A DNA stretch of 64,000 bases from Mustelus asterias (Eukaryota): positions 66,774,001 through 66,838,000 of the forward strand of contig NC_135819.1 in NCBI RefSeq assembly GCF_964213995.1, given 5' to 3'. Shown here one piece after another: positions 37,826-51,000 of the stretch. Numbering within the stretch: position 1 is the first letter of the stretch; each line of letters starts with the position of its first letter. A model generated the notes under the pieces. The model made no database searches. It saw nothing but the letters and a program-made list of their open reading frames with translations, and had not been told where the DNA came from. The position numbers and the translations under genes were made by a program.

Positions 37826-39660
37826 TAGAACATAGAACATTACAGGGCAGTACCGGCCCTTCGGCCCCCGATGTTGCGCTGACCAGTGAAACCAATCTAA
37901 AGCCCATCCAACCTACACTATTCCGATATCATCCATATGTTTATCCAATGACCATTTAAATGCCCTTAATGTTGGCGAGTCCACTACTGCTGGAGGCAGG
38001 GCATTCCACACCTTTACCACTCTCTGAGTGAAGAACCTACCTCTGACATCTGTCCTATATCTATTACCCCTCAATTTAAAGCTATGTTCCCTCATGCTAG
38101 CTATCACCATCTGAGGAAAAAGGCTCTCACTATCCACCCTATCTAATCCTCTGAGCATCTTGTATGCCTCTATTAAGTCACCTCTTAACCTTCTCTCTAA
38201 CGAAAACAACCTCAAGTCCCTCAGCCTTCCCACCATACCAGGCAACATCCTATTAAATCTCCTCTGCACCCTTTCCAATGCACCCACATCCTTCCTATAA
38301 TGTGGTGACCAGAACTGTACGCAATACTCCAAGTGCGGCCGCACCAGAGTTTTATACAGCTGCAACATGACCTCCTGGCTCCGAAACTCAATCCCTCTAC
38401 CAATAAAAGCTAACACTCCGTACGCCTTCTTAACCACCCTATCAACCTGGGTGCCAACTTTCAGAGATTTATGCACCTGGACACCGAGATCTCTCTGTTC
38501 ATCCACACTACCAAGTATCTTACCATTAGCCCAGTACTCTGTAATCCTGTTACTCCTTCCAAAGTGAATCACCTCACACTTTTCCGCATTGAACTCCATT
38601 TGCCACCTCTCAGCCCAGCAATGCAGCTTATCTATGTCCCTCTGTAAGCTGCAACAACCTTCCATTCTGTCCACAACTCCACCGGCTTTAGTGTCATCCG
38701 CAAATTTACTAACCCATCCTTCTATGCCCTCATCCAGGTCATTTATAAAAATGACAAACAGCAGTAGCCCCAGAACAGATCCTTGCAGTACACCACCAGT
38801 AACTGAACTCCAGGATGAACATTTCCGATCAACCACCACCCTTGTCGTCTTACAGCTAGCCAATTCCTGATCCAAATCACTAAATCACCCTCAATCCCAT
38901 GCCTCCATATCTTCTGCAATAGCTTACCATGGGGAACCTTATCAAACGCTTTACTGAAATCCATATACACCACATCAACTGCTTTACCCTCTTTGGTCAC
39001 CTTCTCAAAGAACTCAATAAAGTTTGTGAGGCACGACCTACCCTTCACAAAACCGTGTTGACTATTCCTAATCAAATTATTCCTTTCTAGATGATTATAA
39101 ATCCTATCTCTTATAATCCTTTCAAAAACTTTGCCCACAACAGAAGTAAGGCTCACTGGTCTATAATTACCAGGGTTGTCTCTACTTCCCTTCTTGAACA
39201 AGGGGACAACATTTGTTATCTTCCAGTCTTCTGGCACTATTCCTGTAGACAATGACGACATAAAGATCAAAGCCAAAGGCTCTGCAATCTCCTCCCTAGC
39301 CTCCCAGAGAATCCTGGGATAAATCCCATCCAGCCCAGGGGACTTATCTATTTTCACACATTCCAGAATTGCTAACACCTCCTCCTTATTAACCTCAATC
39401 CCGTCTAGTCCAATAGCCTGTATCTTAGTATTCTCCTCAACAACATTGTCTTTTTCCTGCGTGAATACTGACGAAAAATATTCTTTTAGCGCCTCTCCTA
39501 TCTCTTCAGGCTCCACACACAACTTCCCACTCCTGTCCTTGACTTGCCCTAATCTTACCCTAGTCATTCTTTTATTCCTGACATACCTATAGAAAGCTTT
39601 AGGGTTTTCCTTGATCCTACCTGCCAAAGACTTCTCATGTCCCCTCCTGGCTCTTCTTAA
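37826..39660 (-). mobile_element. CR1-clade LINE, 5'-truncated
   Basis: RT ORFs 37913-39681; ends in a (tagaaca)n tail. Confidence 0.95.
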
Positions 39661-40756
39661 CTTTTGTTTTAAGTTTTGCAACTTATCTATCTGATCCCTA
39701 AAATCCTTGTACTTTTTGTAAAGTATGTGTACTGTAGGCCAACTCTTTCTGAACTTTCTTCAACCTAATTTTGTCTTTCTGAAATTCTTTATCAAAAATA
39801 TGCTAGTAATCTTTTCCTCACCTTCCAGAATATTTCTCGTTCTAGATGCACTGTTTTCGCTGTTGACTCTCTATCTGTGGTTCCGTGATTACTCCTGGTT
39901 GCAATTAATAAATACTCTACATGTGTTGACAGTTTACTCAATGTGCTTATCTCAGTAGCTTATGATGACAGCATTCTGCTCTCAGCTGAAATATTCAGAA
40001 ACCCTTCCCCCGGTCTTCCTCTATCTTCTCTGGCCCATCTTCCATCTGAAGAAGGAGGCTGCCCTACAAGCGGCTGGCAGTTTCGCCATGTCAATTGCTT
40101 GTTTGAAAACTTCAAACTCATTAATGCAGGAAAGATACCCAAGATGTCAGGAAAGCCAACTCCCCCCACTCCACCACCCCGCGCCCCCCCCCCCCCCCCC
40201 CACCCAATCCATTACTTAGTTAAAGGTCATTCTTTTAGTGTACCGTATGCTGAGGATCTGTTGCTAACCTTTCCCAGATACTTGTACAAATAAAAGGATA
40301 GACAAGGCACTAAAAGGCTCACTGCTAGCAGTTCTGGAATGTGTACACCTTTGTTTTGTCTCAGTGTTGGCTGCTAGGAATATTTTTTTCTGAAGAGAGA
40401 CAGAAACAGAAAGCATATAACCTTCTGCTAAGGGTTTACAGTACAATTCCTGCTAATTCTATAATATTCTTAGGGGGTGAGGTGACAATATCCATTAAAG
40501 ATAACAATGCAGTGCTAAAGAGAGAGGATGCCTTTGACAGGGATCAATCCAGTTGACTAGAGCTAAGAAACAAAAAAAGGTGTCATTATATTGTTCAGTG
40601 CGTACTATAGGGTACCTACCATTGGGAAAGTTGTAGATGAACACATTTGCAAAAAAATTATTGAAAGGTGCAAGAATAATAGAGTGCAAGAATAATGGGA
40701 TACTTTAATTATCCACATATAGACTTGGTTAGTAGAAGGTTAAAGGTCAGAGAGGA

Positions 40757-41611
40757 AAGAACAAAGAACAATACAGCACAGGAACAGGCCCTTCAGCCCT
40801 CCAAGCCCGCGCCACTCCCTGGTCCAAACTAGACCATTCTTTTGTATCCCTCCATTCCCACTCCGTTCATGTGGCTATCTAGATAAGTCTTAAACGTTCC
40901 CAGTGTGTCCGCCTCCACCACCTTGCCCGGCAGCGCATTCCAGGCCCCCACCACCCTCTGTGTAAAATACGTCCTTCTGATATCCGTGTTAAACCTCCCC
41001 CCCCCCTCACCTTGAACCCCTCGTGAACGTCACCACCGATCTGGGAAAAAGCTTCCCACCGTTCACCCTATCTATGCCTTTCATAATTTTATACACCTCT
41101 ATTAGGTCACCCCTCATCCTCCGTTTTTCCAGTGAGAACAACCCCAGTTTACCCAATCTCTCCTCATAACTAAGCCCTTCCATACCAGGCAACATCCTGG
41201 TAAACCTCCTCTGTCAAACGCTTTACTAAAGTCCATATAGACGACATCCACGGCCCTTCCCTCGTCAACCATTCTAGTCACTTCTTCAAAAAACTCCACC
41301 AGGTTAGTGAGGCAGGACCTCCCTCTCACAAAACCATGCTGACTATCGTTAATGAGTTTATTCCTTTCTAAATGCGCATACATCCTATCTCTAAGAATCC
41401 TCTCCAACAACTTCCCGACCACAGACGTCACGCTCAGCGGCCTATAATTTCCAGGATTATCCTTCCTACCCTTCTTAAATAACGGGACCACATTAGCTAT
41501 CCTCCAATCATCTGGGACCTCACCTGTGTCCAGTGACGAGACAAAGATTTGCGTCAGAGGCCCAGTGATTTCATCTCTCGTCTCCCTGAGCAGCCTGGGA
41601 TAGATTCCATC
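40757..41611 (-). mobile_element. CR1 LINE fragment with an internal deletion of the RT core
   Basis: YMDFSKAFD is joined directly to the RRFTRMLPG region at ~41214. Confidence 0.85.
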
Positions 41612-42395
41612 AAAAAAAGCATTCCTAGAATGTGGTCAGGAAAGCTTTCCACAGCAATCTATTTTTAGTCTATCAAGAAAAATGGCATTTCTAGGTCTGA
41701 CTCTTGGAAATGGATCGAGTGTCAATAGTTGAATCTAGTTGAATAGTGATCACGATATCATAAAGTTTAGGTTGGCTATGAAAAAGGACAAGGTACAATC
41801 GAGAATAAAAATAATTAACTGGGGAAAGCCCACCTCAATGGGGTGAGAATGGATATGACTCAGATCAATTGGAATCGAAGACTGGCTGAGGATTGATAGG
41901 GAGTAGATGTAGGTGAATATTGCTCCTGGGGAGAGCTGGTGCAAATATGATACAAGTGGCCTCCTCCTGTGCTGATTCAACACTTTGGCGGATGGGCAAG
42001 GGTATGGGGGCGGGGGAAGTAGCAGGTAACTGGAAAATTCCAATTCCGGACAAAAGCTCTGTGATCTTTAAATGCATTTAACTGACTATCTGTCACTTGT
42101 GGGTGGGAAGCCCTGCCGTCCCCCTTCCCGGCCATTTTGCTCCAGGGAAAATGGCCCTGGGGAAAGATGCGGCGGGCAAAACCAATTTTCACACCCGTCA
42201 GCACACCTGCATTCAACCCCCGGAATCCTGCCCGGTTGGAAAGTCTTGACTTTCCAATATCTCTAACTTTTATTTACAGATCAGACGGAGTCCAAAAGCT
42301 AGTAGCTGACGAGCGGATATCTGCAATTTTATAGATACAAGTTATTTATGTTAGCCGCTTCCTGTAAAACTTTGGGGAGTCGGTTATTCATATTT

Positions 42396-42830
42396 AGTTT
42401 CGATTTTGAATCTCAATACAGGAACTAAGTTAAACTAAAGCAGCTTCTGCAATCGACACAAAGGCCCACAGCAGAGAATGAATTCTGGAGCGGAGCTAAC
42501 AACTTCATTGTGGGAATGGGTTTCAACAGAACCTGCAATTCAGAGTTCTCCGTGTTTTGACATTTGCAGCAATGTACAGTACAAAGTTCACTCTGACACT
42601 GTGACCTCCCACTTTCTGATAAAGCGATACCGGGAAACTGAAAATAAACTGCGCAACTTGTTAATGGAGAAGTGAAGGTGGTAAATTTATGAAGTTAAAT
42701 TGCCCAAAATCACGGAAGGGAAAGATTCTGCAACATTTAGAAAAGTCTTGTAAGTGAATGTGTATTATTTTTTAATCGATGATTCGTGTTAAATGTTTAT
42801 CTTGAAGTTTTACAAGTTAGTTTCACTTTT
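42396..42830. promoter_or_regulatory. Cluster of IRF/ISRE-like motifs; candidate promoter or first exon of gene B
   Basis: AGTTTCGATTTT (42396-42407), GAAACTGAAA (42634-42643) and AGTTTCACTTTT (42819-42830) in non-repeat sequence; candidate donor |gtaagt at 42750. The gene B leader exon has an acceptor, so an upstream exon is required. Confidence 0.4.
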
Positions 42831-43314
42831 GCAATGTTGACCCCAACAATGACAATGGTTCTGAATGTGAGGCCGAAACCGACCCCGCGATCCTGACCTG
42901 AATTTCCTGCTCCCTGGGATTGCAGGGACGACCACCCCAGCTCACTGCCTGTCCCGACCTCACACCGATTTTATACTGAGGCCGTGAGGCCTCGGCGCGA
43001 AGCCCGCCCTTGCCCCGAAGTGAGGCTCTTAACCTGCCAATTAGTGGCCACTTTCGAGCCTCAAATTTTAGGCAAACGGGCGGATTGAAGCTCTGTGAGG
43101 AAATCCAGAAATAAAGGCTGGAATTCCCCAGTCTCACGCGCACCAGCGAGAACGGACAATTTGGCGCTCAGCCAAATCTCCATTCACAGCAGTGGAGACT
43201 CCAGGCCAAAGAAAATTCAGTAAGAAGTCTCACAACACCAGGTTAAAATCCTACAGGTTTATTTCGGATCACCAGCGTTCAGAGCGCTGCTCTTTCATTA
43301 GGCGACACCTGATG

Positions 43315-44212
43315 AACAAAGAACAGTACAGCACAGGAAACAGGCCCTTCGGCCCTCCAAAGCCTGTGCCGCTCCTTGGTCCAACTAGACCAATCGTTTG
43401 TATCCCTCCATTCCCAGGCTGCTCATGTGACTATCCAGGTAAGTCTTAAACGATGTCAGCGTGCCTGCCTCCACCACCCTACTTGGCAGCGCATTCCAGG
43501 CCCCCACCACCCTCTGTGTAAAAAACATCCCTCTAATATCTGAGTTATACTTCGCCCCTCTCACCTATCTATCCCCTTCATAATCTTGTACACCTCTATT
43601 AGATCTCCCCTCATTCTCCGTCTTTCCAGGGAGAACAACCCCAGTTTACCCAATCTCTCCTCATAGCTAAGATCCTCCATACCAGGCAACATCCTGGTAA
43701 ACCTTCGCTGCACTCTCTCTAACGCCTCCACGTCCTTCTGGTAGTGTGGCGACCAGAACTGGACGCAGTATTCCAAATGTGGCCTAACCAGCGTTCTATA
43801 CAGCTGCATCATCAGACTCCAGCTTTTATACTCTATACCCCGTCCTATAAAGGCAAGCATACCATATGCCTTCTTCTCCACCTGTGTTGCCACCTTCAAG
43901 GATTTGTGGACTTGCACACCTAGGTCCCTCTGTGTTTCTATACTCCTGATGACTCTGCCATTTATTGTATAACTCCTCCCTACATTATTTCTTCCAAAAT
44001 GCATCACTTCGCATTTATCCGGATTAAACTCCATCTGCCACCTTTCCGCCCAATTTTCCAGCCTATCTATATCCTGCTGTATTGCCCGACAATGCTCTTC
44101 GCTATCCGCAAGTCCAGCCATCTTCGTGTCATCCGCAAACTTGCTGATTACACCAGTTACACCTTCTTCCAAATCATTTATATATATCACAAATAGCAGA
44201 GGTCCCAGTACA
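43315..44212 (-). mobile_element. CR1 LINE 3' fragment nested in the PLE
   Basis: VLGPLLFVIYINDLEEG...KFADDTK...[15 protein letters not shown]. Confidence 0.92.
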
Positions 44213-44218
44213 GAAGAC

Positions 44219-44255
44219 TCACCTGAAGAAGGAGCAGTGCTCCGAAAGCTCGTGA
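44219..44255 (+). ncRNA. Minimal hammerhead ribozyme motif (variant)
   Basis: TCAC-CTGAAGA-A-GGAGC(agt)GCTCC-GAAA-GCTC-GTGA. Confidence 0.65.
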
Positions 44256-44573
44256 TTCCAAATAAACCTGTTGGAGTGTAACCTGGTGTTGTGAGACTTC
44301 TTACTGTGCCCACCCCAGTCTCAACGCTGGCATTTCCACATTAAAGGAAGTTCGACTTTGGGTGGGAACCCATCAACAGAAGCCCCCTTCGGAGGTTTGA
44401 TAGTGCTGTTTGGGAGGGTTTAAACTAGTGTGGCAGAGGGGTGGGAATCAGAACAGCAGGCCAATAAGTGTAGGGACTGAGGAAGAAAATGAGACTGAGA
44501 TAAACATAACTCAAAGTAAGAGCAGGCTGAGGAATGTTGCAGGGCTCTTCACGGATATCTTCACATCCTCTTC

Positions 44574-45770
44574 GATTTGATTTGATACATTATTGTCACA
44601 TATTATCATACAGTGAAAAGTGTTGTTTCTTGTGCGCTATACAGACAAAACATACCGTTCATAGAGAAGGAAACGAGAGAGTGCAGTGTTACAGTCATAG
44701 CTAGAGTGTAGAGAAAGATCAACTTAATGCAAGGGAAGTCCATTCAAAAGTCTTGACAGCAGCAGGGAAGAAGCTGTTCTTGAGTCGGTTGGTACGTGAT
44801 CTCAGACTTCTGTATCTTTTCCCTGACGGAAGAAGGTGGAAGAGAGAATGTCCGGGGTGCATGGGGTCCTTAATTATGCTGGCTGCTTTGCCGAGGCAGC
44901 AGGAAATGTAGACCGAGTCAATGGATGGGAGGCTGGTTTGCGTGATGGATTGGGCTACATTCATGACCTTTTGTAGATCCTTGCGGTCTTGGGCAGAGTA
45001 GGAGCTATACCAAGCTGTGATACAACCAGAAATAATGCTTTCTATGGTACATCTGTAAAAATTGGTGAGAGTCATAGCTGATATGCCAAATTTCCTTCGT
45101 CCTCTGAGAAAGTAGAGGCATTGGTGAGCTTTCTTAACTATAGTGTCGGCATGGGAGGACCAGGACAAATTGTTGGTGATCTGGACATCCAAAAACTTGA
45201 AGCTCTCGACCCTTTCTACTTCGTCCCCATTGATGTAGAGAGGGGCATGTTCTCCTTTCCTGAAGTCGATGACAATCTCCTTCGTTTTGTTGACATTGAG
45301 GGAGAGATTATTGTTGCCACACTAATTCACCAGATTCTCTATCTCATTCCTGTACTCTGTCTCGTCATTGTTTGAGATCCGACTCACTACGGTAGTGTCG
45401 TCAACAAACTTGAAAATCGAATTGGAGGGGAATTTGGCCGCACAGTCATAGGTGTATAAGGAGTATTGTAGGGGGCTGAGAACACAACCTTATGGGGCAC
45501 CCGTATTGAGGATGATCTTGGAGGAGGTGTTGTTGCCTATCCTTACTGATTGTGGTCTGTGAGTTAGGAAGTTCAGGACCCAGTCGCAGAGGGAGATGCC
45601 GAGGCCCAGGCCACGGAGTTTGGAGATGTGTTTCGTGGGAATAATAGTGTTGAAGGCTGAGCTGTAGTCAACAAATAGGAGTCTGACATAGGTGTCCTTG
45701 TTATCAAGGTGTTCCAGGGTTGAGTGCAGGGCCAGAGAAATGGAGTCTGCTATGGACCTGTTGCGGCGGT
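44574..45770 (-). mobile_element. Rex1/Babar-type LINE, 5'-truncated
   Basis: NNLSWSSH...KKAHQCLYFLR...FYRCTIESI...LPSGKRYRS...NSFFP; (atcaa)n tail. Confidence 0.9.
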
Positions 45771-45779
45771 ACCACAGTC

Positions 45780-47240
45780 GAGGTTCTAGAGGACTGGAGA
45801 ATAGCCAATGTTGTTCCCTTGTTTAAGAAAACAAGCAGGGATAATCCTGCAAATTATAGGCCAGTGAGCCTGACATCAGTGGTGGGGAAGCTTTTGGAGA
45901 AGATACTGAGGTACAGGATATATGCGCACATTTGGAAGAAAATGGACTAGTTAGTGACAGGCAGCATGGTTTTGTACAGGGAAGGTCATGTCTCACCAAC
46001 TTGATTGAGTTTTTTTGAAGAGGTAACAAAAGTAATTGATGAGGGAAGGGCTGTGGATGTTGTTTATGTGGACTTTAATAAGTTTTGACATGGTCCCACT
46101 TGGCAGACAGATACAAAAACTAAAATCACATGGGATTCGGGGCTGGCTAGATGGATACAGAACTGGCTTGGTTATAGAAGACAGAGAGTAGTGGTGGAAG
46201 AGTGTTTTTCCGAGTGGAGATTTGTAGCTAGTGGTGTTCCACAGGGATCAGTGCTGGGATCTCTGTTGTTTGTAGTATATATAAATGATCTGGAGGAAAA
46301 TGTGGGTGGTCTGATTAGTCAGTTTGCGGATGACACGAAGATTGGTCGAGTTGCTGATAGTGCCAGGGACTGTCAGAGGATACAACAGGATATAGATAGA
46401 TTGCAGAGTTGGGCACAGAAATGGCAGATGAAGTTTAATCCAGAAAAATGCGAGGTGATGCATTTTGGAGGATCAAATTTTGATGTGAATTATACTGTAA
46501 ATGACAGAACCTTTAAGAATATTAACATATAGAAGGATCTGGGCATGCAACTCCACAGTTCCCTAAAAGTGGTAACACAGGTGGCAAGGTGATTAAGAAA
46601 GCATATGGCATGCTTGCCTTCCATCAGCCGGGCATTGAGTACAAGAGTTGGCAAATCATGTTGCAGCTATATAAAACCGTGGTTAGGCCACATCTGGACT
46701 ATTGCGTGCAGTTCTGGTAGCCACACTACCAGAAGGACGTGGAAGCATTGGAGAGAGTGCAAAGAAGGTTCACCAGGATGTTGCCTGGTCTTAAGGGTGT
46801 TGGCCATGAGGAGAGGCTGAATAAACTAGGATTGTTTTCACTGGAAAGATGGAGGCTGAGGGGAGACCTGATAGAGGTCTACAAAATTATAGAGGCATAG
46901 ACAGCGTGGATAGTCAGAGGCTTTTCCCAAGGTGGAAGTGTCAATTACAAGAGGGCACAGGTTCAAAGTGAGAGAGGGAAAGTTTAAGGGAGGTGTGCGG
47001 GGGAGGTTTTTCACGCACAGAGTGGTGGGTGCCTGGAATGCACTGCCAGAGAAGGTGGTGGATGCAGGCACATTAGCAACCTTTTAAGAGGCATCTGGAT
47101 GGGGAGATGAATAGGGAGGGAATAGGGGGATACGGACCGAGTAAGGGCAGGAAGTTTTTATAGTTTAGTTAGAGTATCACGATTGGCACAGGCTTGGAGG
47201 ACCGAAGGGCCTGTTCCTGTGCTGTCCTTTTCTTTGTTCT
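45780..47240 (+). mobile_element. CR1 LINE, 5'-truncated
   Basis: [31 protein letters not shown]; tail ...tttctttgttct. Confidence 0.92.
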
Positions 47241-50054
47241 GACTGGAGAGGCCCTCCCTTATGGGATCTACAGAACTCTACCCCCACCCCAGCCTCCAGA
47301 GACTGGGATTGCTCGCTACACAACACCCCAGGCTTTCACTGCTCTGGAACCCTTTACATTTATCTGGGCCTCTGGTTCCCTTGAATTAGCTTGAAACCAC
47401 TGCAGCAGAGTTGCTGGAGAGCCCCTGGCCGGAATTCTCTGGCCATTCACACCATGCTGCCGCTGCCAGCAAGAGCGGAAAACTTAGCGTTCAGCCAAAT
47501 TTCCGTTCAATGCAGCAGGACGTATATGTTCTCCACTGACTCCAACTGAATGATGGGGGCCAAGCTCTCATCTCTGGGAACATGTCTCCAGGAACTTTTC
47601 CCTGGGACCCATCCTCCAGGAGATTTCCTCCAGGACCATTTTCCAGAAGTTTTTCTCCGGGACCCATTCTCCAGGAACTTTTCTCTGGGACCCAGTTATT
47701 TTCACAAGTGTACATGGATTTTAAGGATACACAAGTTACACAATATATCTTGTTTCATAATGTTCTCAACAATCACGCACTTCCTGTAACCCAACAGGCT
47801 ACCTGTGGTCAGACAACACCCCACTCCGAAACCCAATGGCAGACGTCACTCAATTGATCTGTGGATTTCTCCCAAGTTCCACACACTAACACAAACCGCC
47901 CCCCCCCCCCCGCCAACATGGTGGATTATTGTCACACAAGTCCACTTTCAGAAAGACACGCTTTAAAATCTTGTTTTACACAATCACTTCCCTCAGCTGT
48001 TTTCATCAAAGATCCGCTTCCAGGTTTTCCTTTCAGTATTCCTCTGTCTTGAATTACCACAACAACGAAACTTCTACAAAAACACTCAGGTACTCAGTCC
48101 TCAACAGACTATTAATGTTGACACATTAACCAACTGGACATAATTTTCTGCCACGTTCAACTCTTTAGTTTGAGCTTTTTTAAACCATTTGCAATTTGCC
48201 AAGTGACAGCAACCAAGGGAGCCACAGACCATCATTACTCTGTGCTAATCCAAGACTGTCAACAGAGCTCCCTGAGAGGTATTCTTGAAGGTGAGTAAAT
48301 AGGGCAAGTGAATAGCAAGTAAATTCTTTATTTAACAAAAGTGGTCTACTGGAGGGCCCAGATATAAGTGACTACAAGACAATTGGTGAATAGTCGGTCA
48401 GTTTTTTTATAATTGAAAAGAGCAGAAGCTAAGAGCCAGATTTGTGATTTAAAAAGAGCAGTTTTCTCTGTCTCTTAGCTAGGAAATTGTAACTCTATTA
48501 CTTACTAACTTAGTAACTAAAACTAGATAAACCAACTAATTAATGGAACTGAAATAATCCATTCAATTAAAAAATTGATCAAATAAGTAAACTACAGGCA
48601 GATGGATATGTCAGGGAAGACAATGTATTGTAACTGCCACATGTTGGAGTTTGTGGAGATCTATCTGTGAGAAGTATCGGCAGATCAAGCACATTCAGCT
48701 CAGAATTGTTAAGCTGCAGTCTGGGCTGCAAATGTTGCAGAGTTGGAGTGGGTGGACCCACAAAAGGATGAATTAAAAGCAACGTGGGAAATGTCAAGGC
48801 TCTGGAGCAGAATAATATTTTGGATAAAACTAAGCAGAGTGGGTCAGGAAAGGACAAAGAGTTATGGGGCAGAATTATTTTTAAAAACTTAAGTATTGAA
48901 CCGACGAGAAAACAGTAGGGGGTTCGTTGGAGCCTCAGCTCGCCTGTGAAGCCAGCTGCTGAGATCCTGGGACGCTATTACGCAGGCACCCCGATCTCAC
49001 CACCCTTGCAGAGTTCCACCTACTCTCCCCGATTGCCACTCCCACTGATCAACTCCCCCTACCCTACAGAGTTCCCTTCCCCCTCAGGCACCACCCTTCA
49101 GGCCCTGCCCCCTTGGCACTGCCAAGATTCCCGGTGGGCAAGGCCAGGGTGCCAGGTGGGCACTGCCTGGCTGGCACTGTCCCATTGGCACAGCCCAGCC
49201 CTGCTTCTCAGCACCCGGGGGGCATCAATGGCCTCCGGTCCCACCGGCGAGACCATCACGTCAGGTTCTCATTGGTGGGGACCATCTAGGATTCTTGCCG
49301 GTGAGAACCTCGACCGGCAAGTGGGTTGAGGTAAGTGAGCCGAGATGGTAGCGTCCGTCCAGGACTCATTAATGACACGTAAATTATGTCATTAATATTG
49401 AAATCAGCTTCGCTTCCTTTCTGAGCACAAAGCTGATTTTGCCGGCAAGACAGTGCCGCGAGAGATGAGAAACTGGGCACAAACCTGATTTTTCACCACT
49501 CATCCTATCTTTCTGGCTTGTCACGCCGATCGACTAGTAAGATCACACCCAAGAAGTTTATAGGATATAAGCAACTAAGATGATGTCAGGCAAAATTAGA
49601 AGAAAGCTAAAGGCACAGTATATGAATGCGTAAAGGCTTTGCAACAAATTAGACAAATTAATGAGAGAGCGAATTAATAGGTTTGATGTCATAGCCATTA
49701 CAGAGACATGATTGCAAAGAGACCAAGACTGGGAAGTAAGCATCCCAGGATACTTCACTTTTAGAAGATAAAATGAAAAAGGATGATGCAAAAGTTTGGG
49801 ATAAAGACAGTAGAGAGAAAGAATGTTAACTCGAATAATAAAGAAATAGGATCAGTTTGGGTGGAGCAAGAAACAGAAAGGAGGAGTGAACCCTTCAACT
49901 TACACCAGAGAAACTTGATAATGTGAAACTCTTTTCTGCTGCTTTGTTTATTGTCAGTCTCTCTGGATATATATTTGCCACAAATCTTGAATAGGTGCTT
50001 GGAGAAATAATGAAATCACTCATTCTTATTTAATGGGTTTTTATTTTTCAGGCC

Positions 50055-50115
50055 ATGGCGAATCCACTGTGCATCACGCTGTTGTCACTTCTCTTCCTCC
50101 AGCAGTTTCTTTTCG
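50055..50115 (+). CDS. Gene B exon: signal peptide of a B7-like protein
   Basis: Acceptor atttttcag|50052, Kozak-like gccATGG, MANPLCITLLSLLFLQQFLF, phase-1 donor 50115|gtaagg. Confidence 0.8.
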
Positions 50116-50120
50116 GTAAG

Positions 50121-51000
50121 GTCCCCCTCCTCTGCAGGGGCATCCACCTGGTTCACCTCCTCCTCCTGGATGTCTCCCCATTGCTGTGCCAGGTTGTAGA
50201 GTGCACACTAGACCATGACGATGTGGGAGACCCTCTGGGGAATGTACTGGAGAGTCCAGGCAGCGGAACCACATCTTCAGAAGCCCGGTGCACTGGTCAA
50301 TGACGGACCGGGTGGCAGCGTGGGCCTCATTATAACAGATCTCTGCCTCAGTGTCAGGCCTCCACACTGGGTGTCATCAACCAGGACCACAGCGGGTAGT
50401 CTTAGTCCCCCACAAGCCATCCCCGCAGCCTGGGGTGGTCCTCAAAGACCCCAGGGATATCTGAGCTGTACAAGATGTAGCAATTGTGCACACTCCCCGG
50501 GTGGTATGACACATGTGCATGATATCACAAACTATCTGGACATTCAGGGAGTGGAGCCCCTTCCTGTTAATAAAGGGCACTCGCTGATTCCATGGGGCCT
50601 GCAGGGCGATGTGCATGCCATCCATAGCCTCCTCTACATGGGGCACCCCAGTGATGGCAGAGAAGCCTGCAGCCCGGACTTCCTGTTGGGCCTGGCACAT
50701 GTCAAAGTGGATGTAGTTGGCTGCCTGGGTGTACAAGGCATCCGTGCCAATGCCTGCGAGGTGCCGCAGAAGTCCCTGCTTGAGCCCTGGAAAGACCCAT
50801 GCGCATAAATGTTTACAGCCACCGTCACCTTCACGGCCATCGGGAGCAGGTGTCTTCCTGCCCCACGAGGTGCCAGGTCCGTAAGGACGCGACATGGGTA
50901 CTTCACAGTCTCCCTGCTGAGACGTAGTCTGCAGTGGCACACGGCGTCCAGCAGCCCATTGAAGGACATGCGGGTCCTATAGAGTTGGAGTCTCTGTCTC
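50121..51000 (-). mobile_element. Harbinger transposase remnant in the intron after the gene B leader exon
   Basis: LPMAVKVTVAVNIYAHGSFQ, FINRKGLHSLNVQIVCD, YNEAHAATRSVIDQCTGLLKMWFRCLD. Confidence 0.85.

Larger units (their letters stand above)
43219..44341 (+). mobile_element. Penelope-like inverted/direct pLTR pair split by a CR1 insertion
   Basis: Inverted pLTR 43219-43305 and direct pLTR 44213-44341. Confidence 0.75.

Noticed and set aside
50074-50969. Domesticated HARBI1 gene
   Set aside because: Multiple frameshifts and several similarly decayed copies in the window indicate transposon fossils.
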